Shown here piece by piece: positions 1 through 8,769 of a stretch of DNA of 9,152 bases. The translations under genes and the position numbers were made by a program. Numbering within the stretch: position 1 is the stretch's first letter; every line of letters begins with the position of its first letter. The notes beneath the pieces were generated by a model, which saw nothing but the letters and a program-made list of their open reading frames with translations, made no database searches and was not told the origin of the DNA. This DNA is from Octopus sinensis (lineage: Eukaryota). The DNA is taken from NCBI RefSeq assembly GCF_006345805.1, contig NW_021828120.1, positions 1 through 9,152 on the forward strand, read 5' to 3'.

Positions 1-599
1 TAATGCATCGGTAACAGCTATAGAACGATCCATAATAACGTTCACTTAAATTAATAACTTTTACGCTACATGAAAAATAGTACAATAAAATAAATTCAAT
101 ATTATGATACAAAAACAACAAGAAAAACAAAAGAAAAGAATTACATAAACAGAACAACAAAAAAAGCAACAGGTAAAATTAAAAACAAATACAACAAATG
201 AAGAACTATAATAAAAATAGCTAAAGACAACAAGAAATAAGAAAATGCATAAATTAATGAAACGGAAAATTAAAAACTGGTGAGATATTTTTCTCACTCT
301 TTTTTGTTCCGGAAGCTGAATTCGAATGCTTTTCATGTTTTGGAACGCCATTTTGTTTTAAATTTATTTTTTAGCGTGTAATAGTTTTGGTCAAAAAGAG
401 TAATTTAATACATGAGATTATTATTTTTTTTATTTATTTTATCACCAATTCTGCCCTGATTGATTTAAAGTGCTGATCGAATAACTTTAAACAAAAAATG
501 ATGAAAGAAACTAAATGATAGAAAATATATGAAATAATGCTGAGTTCAAAAGGATTCCAACCGTGACCGTCTCACCATATTTGTCCAAACTCTATCTTA

Positions 600-1100
600 A
601 TCTAGAAATTATCTAATCCATCTTTACGTTCACTAAGATGATGGGTGTATTATGAGATTACTGAATATCAAGAATCTCGGGGCTGTGTTCAAGAACGATT
701 GGAGGCAGGAAGTTTTATTGGACACTAAATGCTGGTACTGGCACAGAATTCGCCAACTCCAGCATTCCATCTTCAGAAAAGGAGAGATTGGTTTACCCCA
801 CCACTTTGCTACTTCAATTAGGTTTTCAGGGATATCCTCAACAGTTGTATAAATGTTAGGAAATAACAGAGAGTACAATCGCGAATACACGCGACCGAAA
901 TGGGGTTCGCCTGAAGGGTTTCTGGAGTGATGTTACGCGACAGTGTGCATAACTCGGAGATCAAGAACGAAGGACACCTTCCATGTCGAGTCGCTACTTC
1001 TCCACATTGAGCGGTCACAGTTTCGGTACTTCGGACATGTGATAACAAGACGGGATCTTCAAGACGATCCAAAGGTGACAGTGACTTGGATGTTATAGCT
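600..1100 (+). mobile_element. Degenerate RTE-clade LINE ORF relic (end of reverse transcriptase and downstream region; Expander/Rex3-like)
   Basis: Manual translation across frameshifts gives IKNLGAVFKNDWRQEVLLDTK (ORF 652-852; cf. RTE FKYLGVVFTSDGRQE..LDTR), VQSRIHATEMGFA*RVSGVMLRDSVHNSEI (from 873; cf. RIQAAEMGFLRRI.GVTL.D.V.SSEI) and VESLLLHIERSQFRYFGHV (cf. LLL.IERSQLRWFGHV). Stops and frameshifts are present. Boundaries approximate. Confidence 0.85.
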
Positions 1101-1207
1101 TTCCAGATAACGAAACTCGTATAACAAAACTTCGTATACATAATCAAACTTCTCCTTTTATATATGTATACACTTACATGTATCTATGTACTCATGCATG
1201 TTATGTA

Positions 1208-1213
<6 letters not shown>

Positions 1214-1238
<25 letters not shown>
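1214..1238. repeat. (TA)n microsatellite
   Basis: Perfect TA run within a wider TA/TG-rich stretch starting ~1159. Confidence 0.95.
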
Positions 1239-1242
1239 CAGA

Positions 1243-1315
1243 GGCGATGGCAGGCATCGCTCTTCCAGTCGGTCTCCTCTGCATAACGACTGGGAGAGCA
1301 ATGCCTCTCATCGCC
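1243..1315. repeat. 29-bp inverted repeat with 15-nt loop at the 5' end of the second RTE fragment
   Basis: 1243-1271 GGCGATGGCAGGCATCGCTCTTCCAGTCG versus reverse complement of 1287-1315 GGCGATGAGAGGCATTGCTCTCCCAGTCG: 25/29 identical. Confidence 0.92.
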
Positions 1316-1603
1316 ACAGATGGAGGAAGCAGGTTAAGGAGGGGGGTCAACATCTTTAATCCTCATGAAGTATTTAAGCGTATTGCTCGAAGGCGCTCTG
1401 GTAGCGTAGTGAATGGGGAAGGCTTGGCTTGTAATATTTGCTGTGGTGTATTCTTGTCCAGAGCAGGGTTCTTTAGCCACCAACGGAGCCGCAAATTCAA
1501 ACGGTAAGTTGTCCTTAGTGCGCACAATGTTGCTAAAGGACATCAATATTTTCCCTCGGTCACGGATGTATATATATATATTTTTATATATATATGTATA
1601 TAT
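1284..1603 (+). mobile_element. 5'-truncated 3' end of an RTE (BovB-like) LINE with C-terminal zinc-finger remnant and TA-rich tail
   Basis: Reads NDWESNASHRHRWRKQVKEG, frameshifts in the G6 run, then VNIFNPHEVFKRIARRRSGSVVNGEGLACNICCGVFLSRAGFFSHQRS (stop 1505-1507). This matches the RTE C-terminal WE..A..R..WR..V..G and C..C....SRAG..SHQR motifs. A ~60-nt 3' UTR and TA-rich tail (1568-1603) follow. Confidence 0.8.
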
Positions 1604-2810
1604 GAAGAGAGCGAGTGAGGGGGAGACGCACAGACAGGTGCAAGTATGTATTAGAAAATGGCGTCGCACATGTAAAGAACTCAGATTCCGCGTTCTATGT
1701 GTAACATTTAAAAAAAAATCAGAATCGTTTTAGTCCATTCTTATCCATGGTGCTAAAGAATCGGATTAATATTGTTACATTGTACATTTTATATTATAAC
1801 TTAAACAATACTTTCTCGTTTACATGTTAACATATAATGGAGATTGGGAAGCATTATATATGTAATTTTTTGCAGTATCCAAAACATAAGTATTATAAAT
1901 GCAGCGAATGAATAGAAGGAAAATATTTGGATTTTTTTTCGTTTTATGTGCTTTTTTGTTAATAGTTCCATGAATATCAGTGAATAGTTAGAGGATCCCC
2001 CATTTGCTGGTTTAAATAGAATTTAGTTTCGAGAGAGTAAAAAAAAATTAAATGTGTTTGTTAATGCGCGTAAAATATAATGCTGAATATCATAAAACGT
2101 TATTTTCGGTTTTAATCTATGATCTGATTTTCTTTTATAAATATATAATAATTTTCATCTACTTAAAAGTTTTAATGCTTCGTGCTTTTATTTAGGCATG
2201 GATAAGTCAAACTGACAACCATATCTATATTCTATATATATTATATATATATATATAGCGTTCATAATTGACTACGCATCTGGCTCCGCCAAATCTTTTC
2301 TTTTCACGTAAATCCTGCTACTAAAACAAATAAAAATTCCAACAATGATCAACCATTCTTAGAATACGAAAATGGTAAAACGAAAGCAAGAAACACGCAA
2401 GCATATACAAATAATAGAAAACGAATATAAACCAATAAGAACGAATTATGGAATGCGAGAAATACTAATTTAGACAAAATTAAAACAAAAAAAAAGAATG
2501 AGATATAAATGAAAAACCATACACGATTTACATTTAAAAGAAGCAACATTTTCCTTTTAACGACGAGACGTTTTGGTTCTTAAAAATTCTTGCAGAAATA
2601 ATTATACTGGTTCTTGGTTTTGAAACTTTGTTTTGTGGAATGGATGAGGACCACAGCATCACTGTCTTGTATTTGCGTAAGCTCATGGTATATCAGATTT
2701 GCGTGGTGTGCAATAAAGGTTATATCATGCAAGATGCTACTATCACAGTCAGTTAGACAATTCTCATTATGTAGATACTTGCAAACATACTAACACACAT
2801 ATAGGAGTAA

Positions 2811-3073
2811 TTATATATATATGTATGTGTGTAGTATACATACATACGTATATATGTATTATGTATACTCACACACACGCACATATATATATGTATATAT
2901 ATGTATAGCATATATAATACATATATATGTATATATATCTATATATAATATATATATATATATATAGATAGATATTATATATAGATTATATATAGATATG
3001 TATATATATATGTATCTATCTTATATCTATATGTACATATAAATGTATATATAGATATGTATATGTATATATA

Positions 3074-3111
<38 letters not shown>

Positions 3112-3158
3112 TGTGTGTGTGTGGTGTTATATGTATATGGATTTATATGTATATATAT
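2811..3158. repeat. Compound (TA)n/(TG)n/(CA)n/(TAGA) microsatellite
   Basis: Direct reading of alternating purine-pyrimidine repeats. Confidence 0.95.
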
Positions 3159-3649
3159 CCAATCTCGTGTAAGCGTTTGATATATTCGAGCCAATCAACA
3201 AAATTATATTACTATATTCTGTAATCACTAAAAAATTCCAGAAAATGATAAAATAAAAACACACAAAAATTTATTTCTAATTAGCTAGTTAACTATTCTA
3301 ACGCTCCCTTTACTATTCTTTTTCATGTAGACAGTATTTGGAAATAATTATGTGTCTACCATTTTTCCTTATAAATATTCAATTCTTCATTTTACTCACG
3401 CTTAAAATTTCATGTGTTCTCTTTGATTGTTTCATCAATACCTGAGATTGTACGCTGATGTGAACTGGTCACTGACACGGTGGAAGTACACCGAAGCGTG
3501 TCAAAAGTTGACAAGAGTTTGCTTTAATTATTAAGATGACATTGGTCGTCGACCTTATATGAGATTGTTAAAAAAAATGTCCGATGCGCAAAACTATTAT
3601 CGAAGAACATATGTTTTTGTGATGGCAATACTCCGATTTATTTTTGTCG

Positions 3650-3800
3650 TTTACTTCTGTAATCATAGGCCTTTGACCATACTGTAGCAGCACCTTGAAA
3701 GGGCTCTTCGTAAATTTAGTATTTATTCTGCGGGTCTCCTTAGCCGAAGCCATGAAAGAATAGACGAACAATCACCAATTGTCAAGCATTTGCGGAGTCT
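3650..3800 (-). mobile_element. Old SINE family B, 3' half
   Basis: TACTTCTGTAATCATAGGCCTTTGACCATACTGTAGCAGCACCTTGAAAG aligns by eye with TACTCGTTTCATCCATTAGGCTACGCCCATGCTGGGGCACAGCCTTGTAG at ~5153. It ends near TTGTCAAGC, as CGGTTGTCAC does in the 5152-5520 copy. Confidence 0.65.
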
Positions 3801-3861
3801 CAATATTAAGCGCAATGAGATCCAGTAAATATCTACTATATATTATATATATAGCAGATAT

Positions 3862-4154
3862 ATCGACCAGGTTATCAGATGTTGCTACACATCGCTGGTC
3901 ACAATGCGCTTCGCATTTCTTTTTGCCTTCAAATGACGCCACCCCGCTGGCTAAGGTAGCAGGCCAACAGAAGAAAGAGTGAGAGAAAGTTATGGCGAAA
4001 GAGTACAGCAGGGATCGCCAACATCCTCTGCCGGAGCCTCGTGGAGCTTTAGATGTTTTCGCTCAATAAACACTCACAACGCCCGGTCTGGGAATCGAAA
4101 CCGCGATCCTACAACCGCGAGTCCGCTGCCCTAACCACTGGGTCATTGCGCCTC

Positions 4155-4157
<3 letters not shown>
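3862..4157 (-). mobile_element. Well-preserved tRNA-derived SINE, family C (possibly tRNA-Arg related)
   Basis: Minus strand starts GTGGAGGCGCAATGACCCAGTGGTTAGGGCAGCGGACTCGCGGTTGTAGGATCGCGGTTTCGATTCCCAGACCGGGCG. It has an A-box-like TGACCCAGTGG (4145-4135) and a B-box-like GGTTTCGATTCCC (4102-4090), with TCG in the anticodon region. A ~220-nt non-tRNA body and TA-rich tail (~3835-3862) follow. tRNA-derived SINEs (OK/OR1/OR2) are known in octopus; the exact family is not assigned. Confidence 0.88.
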
Positions 4158-4214
<57 letters not shown>

Positions 4215-4257
4215 AGTGTATCTCATATATATATAATAATATATATATATATATATA
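4158..4257. repeat. (TA)n microsatellite
   Basis: Long, nearly perfect TA run that produces the poly-IY ORF artefacts. Confidence 0.97.
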
Positions 4258-4282
4258 AGGATGCATACATAGATGCAAATCT

Positions 4283-4427
4283 ATATAGAACTGGCTTCCA
4301 CTCGATTTAAACCCACCAAATTTATTAGTGGCCTATTCGTTGGCCTCGGCTGGTCTTATGAGGGATTGAACCTGAAATTAGGTGGCTGGTAAGCGAGCCT
4401 CTTAACCGCACAGCCGACACTGCACCT
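4283..4427 (-). mobile_element. Old SINE family B, 5' half with tRNA-like head
   Basis: Minus strand AGGTGCAGTGTCGGCTGTGCGGTTAAGAGGCTCGCTTACCAGCCACCTAATTTCAGGTTCAATCCC contains a B-box GGTTCAATCCC (4372-4362). It aligns with the head of the copy at ~5468-5520. Confidence 0.75.
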
Positions 4428-4959
4428 ATATTAACTATAACATAATTGATACAATGTCATGTGCACGCCATTATATTTCATCCTATGAAAATGCTTCAGG
4501 TGGCGAGTTCAAGAGCTTTTCGAACTAGACACCACCAAACTCAGGACCACTCTAGTTCATGGCGATAGTTATGGGACAAATAGCTTTAGTCACATGAATC
4601 TAAACTATTGTAGTTAAAACATACAGCATTTAGAAAAATGTCTAATCCCCAGACGTGTGTCCCACAGACTCACAGGTGTGTGAATAATCTCCGGTGTCAT
4701 GTGAACTAAGTTCTCTTGTTTAAAGGTGAAATACTCACTTTAAACTCGGTAGGACAGAAGACTAAAAGTCTAATGTCCTGTTGTATCGGCGGAAATCAAA
4801 AGGAAACAATAGCTCTATATTTCCCAAGTAAAAAGAATAATCAATCTTCATTTTTTGGGAACGACAACTGTGGGCGTTGCATATAAAGAGCAATAGATAT
4901 ATCATTATAATGAGCAGTGCGACTTTCTAGTCTGTATTATGCAAATACCAACGTGTCTG

Positions 4960-5132
4960 CATCAGCAGGCCCGAATTGTATAACGAAGATTCTATGCTCT
5001 GATCATCTAAGTTCTGAAATCAAATCCATCCTCTCAGGGTCGATAAAGTAAGTATCAGTTCGGCACTGGAGTCGATCAGATCCACTAGGATCCGTCCCCA
5101 AGTTTTTCAGGCCTTGTACCTAGAGTAGAAAG
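4960..5132 (+). mobile_element. Degenerate SINE family A copy
   Basis: 5027-5132 (CATCCTCTCAGGGTCGATAAAG...ACTGGAGTCGATC...TTTCAGGCCTTGTACCTAGAGTAGAAAG) aligns with 6240-6353 (CATCCTTTCGGAGTAAATAAAA...ACTGGGATCGATG...TTTCAGAGTCTGTGTC...AGTAGAAAG). The 5' boundary is approximate. Confidence 0.8.
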
Positions 5133-5151
5133 TATTTATATATTACTCGTT

Positions 5152-5633
<482 letters not shown>

Positions 5634-6096
5634 GAGTGAGAGAGCAGTGCATGCCATAAAAGAGATATACGAAGCCCAGTATACCCATCGTGGCTACCCG
5701 TTTGATAAGGGTACACCAGGCACATGTATCACAACCAAATGTGTGCGACATGGTGATCTTATATCAAGATAAACAGCATATGACCTAGCAGGTGGGGCCC
5801 AGTTAGAATTTTCTTCTGGTCGAGTAACCCATCCCACTCAAGAGGTCTCTTAATAAGGGTTGTTTAAGGATGTTGAACGAAACACCCGTGTTTCCAGAGG
5901 TGAATTATTCAAACCCCAAAGAATCCCTCTCAGCACATGGCCATGATGCTCCCCCACTACCTTTCATGATCAGAGACGCATATATCGTCAGCCACTAAGA
6001 GACATGCTCAACTGGTTAAGGTCAAACAGCTGACAAGCAAATGTGTGGTATTGAGCAGAATATTTGCTGCAGCCCATCTTTTATACCAAGACAAAA

Positions 6097-6097
<1 letters not shown>
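5634..6097 (-). mobile_element. ~460-bp interspersed repeat with (AAT)n tail; probable non-autonomous or truncated non-LTR retroelement
   Basis: Complex non-coding sequence, GC-richer than its surroundings, sharply bounded by (ATT)n on both sides. It closely resembles an abundant octopus repeat as I recall it (not database-checked). Orientation is inferred from the longer (AAT)n tract acting as the tail. Confidence 0.7.

Positions 6098-6144
<47 letters not shown>
6098..6144. repeat. (ATT)n microsatellite, ~15 units
   Basis: Perfect run. Confidence 0.98.
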
Positions 6145-6151
6145 CTTCATT

Positions 6152-6355
6152 AAGGTGGTAGGATCGCTACCGCACCGGGCAAAATGCTTGACGCCATTTT
6201 CGTTCGAGTTCAATTTCAGCCGAAGCCGAGTTTACTTTTCATCCTTTCGGAGTAAATAAAATCTATACCAGTCTTATACTGGGATCGATGTAATCGACTA
6301 CCCCACCACCCTCGCCTCCAAATTTCAGAGTCTGTGTCTTTTATAGTAGAAAGGA
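6152..6355 (+). mobile_element. SINE family A copy
   Basis: Starts AAGGTGGTAGGATCGCTACCGCACCGGGCAAAATGCTT, has a B-box-like GAGTTCAATTTC (~6207-6218), and its body is homologous to 5027-5132, ending AGTAGAAAGGA. Confidence 0.8.
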
Positions 6356-6358
6356 CTT

Positions 6359-6393
<35 letters not shown>

Positions 6394-6496
6394 GTCTGCT
6401 GCTGACGCTGCTACAACTACGACTACTACTACTACCACTGCCACAACATCACTCCTACTACTACTACTACGACTACTACCACTGTTGCTACTACTA

Positions 6497-6534
<38 letters not shown>

Positions 6535-6593
6535 ACTACTACTATCACTACCACCACCACCACCACTACTACTACTACCACTACTACTACTGC
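6359..6593. repeat. Compound trinucleotide microsatellite (CTA)n with (CTG)n, (CCA)n and CGA variants
   Basis: Direct reading. It produces the poly-V/A ORF at 6432-6629. Confidence 0.95.
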
Positions 6594-7014
6594 AAATATT
6601 ACTGTAGCAACGCTGTGATCGTATGACATAGCAAACAGATAATTACCAGCAATTAGGCATCAAAATTAATCACGCTCGTCTTTAAAAGGAAACGTTAAAA
6701 AAAAAACTATGGAAGAAAAAAAACACATGGAATTCTGTGATAAAATACAAAAAAAAAACAAAGTACACAAATATATAAAAGACGACATCGAATAAAATGA
6801 AAAACACTAAGGTTCCGTTTGTCGATCGTGCTGTGTAATGTTTGGTTAATGATGTTAGTTAAGCGTACATTGATATGAAAGTTAATGTGAGTTTAGTGGT
6901 GTATGATGAGCAACTGTGTATTGAGCCTGAACTTCCTCTTGTGGCAATGGCGCTGGAATCTGAAATATAGCAAATAGACGGAATACATGCAATATATTTG
7001 GTTAGAGAGAGAGT

Positions 7015-7386
<372 letters not shown>

Positions 7387-7446
7387 TGTTTCTTTATTAG
7401 CCACACAGGGGACAAATTACCAAGTAGAGCTTTTCTTTTGGGGAAG

Positions 7447-7487
7447 AAAAAATAAAATAAAATAAAAATAAAAATAAAAAATAAAAA
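7447..7487. repeat. (TAAAA)n-like A-rich repeat
   Basis: AATAAAATAAAATAAAAATAAAAATAAAAAATAAAAA. Confidence 0.85.
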
Positions 7488-7614
7488 GGATGGTAGGTTT
7501 TCTATCAAAAAGAGAGAAAAAATATATGTATGCATATAAAACTCATATATGTGTGAATGTATTTATAAGAATATATATATAATTGAACGACACTTCGGTG
7601 ATGAAGTTCGTTGA

Positions 7615-7875
7615 AACACAATCACGTTATATTGTCAAAGCTGCTCTTTGTCTCCTGCAAAAAAAAAAGCAGATCATCTGGTTTTTAAAGAAATTTTGTG
7701 TCAAGCGGTTAATAATGGATTAGTAGAAATTATGTGTTTTACTGATGCAGAGGCGTTTGCAATTGTAGTTACTAGTTTCTACAGATTATGTAATAGCAAG
7801 GAAAATTCAAATTAATATCGTATATTATTTCGAGCAAATTTAAAACTGTTTTTATTCTAAATTTATGGAGCTGAC
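7615..7875 (+). pseudogene. Possible relic of a FEN1/XPG-like PIN/H3TH nuclease segment of the 'HEEADTR...TDTD...FHAFTGCD' type
   Basis: Stop-free frame 7615-7815 reads ...SLSPAKKKADHLVFKEILCQAVNNGLVEIMCFTDAEAFAIVVTSFYRL..., and the same frame continues past stops to LFLF*IYGAD (7846-7875). Motif order resembles LSPCxHEEADTR...AVxNG...IM..TxDTDVxVI...F..L...FHAFTGCD. The similarity is by eye only. Confidence 0.35.
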
Positions 7876-8073
7876 CTATACGTATGCTTGCTCTAATCCT
7901 TTTGTCATTTATGTGTGTATCCGTGAGTATGTGTGTCTATGTATGTGTATGTTTGTGTGTGTGTGACTGTTTGTGAGTGTGTGTTTGCCTCACTGCCTGG
8001 CTGTATGTATTTGGCTAGGTAGATATAATATATACAGTGTAATATATACTATGATATACATATATATATGAAA

Positions 8074-8262
8074 ACCGTATTATATTCTGGTACCATATTC
8101 ATCTGAATCGCTTTCTCTCTCTTTCTCTCTGTCTCTCTCTCTCTCTCTCCTCTCTCTCTATCTATCTATCTATCTATAAATATATATATATACGCATAGA
8201 TAGAGTGAGAGAGAGAAATAGAAAGCGATTCAGATGAATATGGTACAAGAATTTAATACGGT
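8074..8262. repeat. Palindromic MITE-like unit: 43-bp terminal inverted repeats around a (CT)n/(CTAT)n-(TA)n-(ATAG)/(AG)n core
   Basis: 8074-8116 ACCGTATTATATTCTGGTACCATATTCATCTGAATCGCTTTCT versus reverse complement of 8220-8262 ACCGTATTAAATTCTTGTACCATATTCATCTGAATCGCTTTCT: 41/43 identical. Confidence 0.95.
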
Positions 8263-8270
8263 ATTATCCA

Positions 8271-8619
8271 TACAATTTCAAAATAAGGTGATTAAAATCA
8301 AAAGCAACAAGGATATCCATAGATAATGCAGTACGATTGTTTCAAGCAACTCAATTTAATTGATCAATGCAACCATTACCTCAATTTAAATGCAGAGCAA
8401 CCATCAGCTGCATAAAGACAGAATTTAATTAAATTAAAACAGATTGACACATTAGTATAATTATACCTAAAATCTCCAAGAAGGTAAGGAGATAGACAAA
8501 GAACATGCTTCCTTCACTTCAGCTTAGAAGCTACTAGGAAGAAAGACTTATTACAGATTTTGCTTGTCACTGTTTTATAAACTAGTCTTATGAACTAGTT
8601 TTATTTCAGTCAAGACTGA
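8271..8619 (+). repeat. Left arm of a long inverted repeat
   Basis: Aligns collinearly with the reverse complement of 8770-9119. 8470-8509 is identical over 40 nt to rc(8878-8917), and 8328-8387 matches rc(9001-9060) at 52/60. Confidence 0.95.
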
Positions 8620-8769
8620 TACGTGGTATTTGTTAAAAGAATATTTATGTTAAAAGAACATTCTAATTATATGCTAATTTTAAATCAAGAGGTATAATAT
8701 CAGTTTTAAAAGTTAGTGTTACACCGACTCCCTCGGCCCTATTCTTAACAGACACTGCTCCTTGTTCTC

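Noticed and set aside
61-297. Hydrophobic F/C/I-rich 96-aa ORF resembling a membrane protein
   Set aside because: The composition comes from a T-rich minus strand (low complexity). Only the first 18 codons are kept as a weak exon candidate.
1128-1138. AACTTCGTATA, matching 11 nt of a loxP arm
   Set aside because: There is no inverted partner arm. It is part of a small local duplication (AAACTCGTATA/AAACTTCGTATA).
1178-1507. 109-aa ORF ending in a zinc-finger-like motif, as a host gene
   Set aside because: It is a chimera of a TA microsatellite, a hairpin and a frameshifted RTE C-terminus.
1550-1570. Shared 3' tail between the RTE fragment and SINE family C (LINE-SINE partnership)
   Set aside because: Only GGTC plus a TA-rich tail is shared in these copies, which is too short to support the claim. 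Consensus-level comparison is needed.
1655-1675. AAAATGGCG motif pointing away from the one at 355-346 (bidirectional promoter idea)
   Set aside because: The frame closes after MASHM*. The same motif also occurs inside a SINE at ~6192-6200, and there is no independent promoter evidence.
3473-3513. Overlapping short inverted repeats (TGACACG/CGTGTCA, CGGTG/CACCG, TGTCAA/TTGACA)
   Set aside because: Stems of 5-7 bp are expected by chance and match no RNA family I recognise.
4082-4152. Functional tRNA gene
   Set aside because: The acceptor and anticodon stems are imperfect and the sequence continues into a SINE body, so it is a tRNA-derived head.
7595-7632. Hammerhead-ribozyme-like GTGATGA-AGTTCGTT-GAAAC
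   Set aside because: The core has G where the conserved C3 is required, stem II is only 2 bp, and stem I cannot form.
8631-8658. Direct repeat TGTTAAAAGAA x2 in the fold-back spacer
   Set aside because: Two AT-rich 11-mers are consistent with ordinary slippage and do not form an array.
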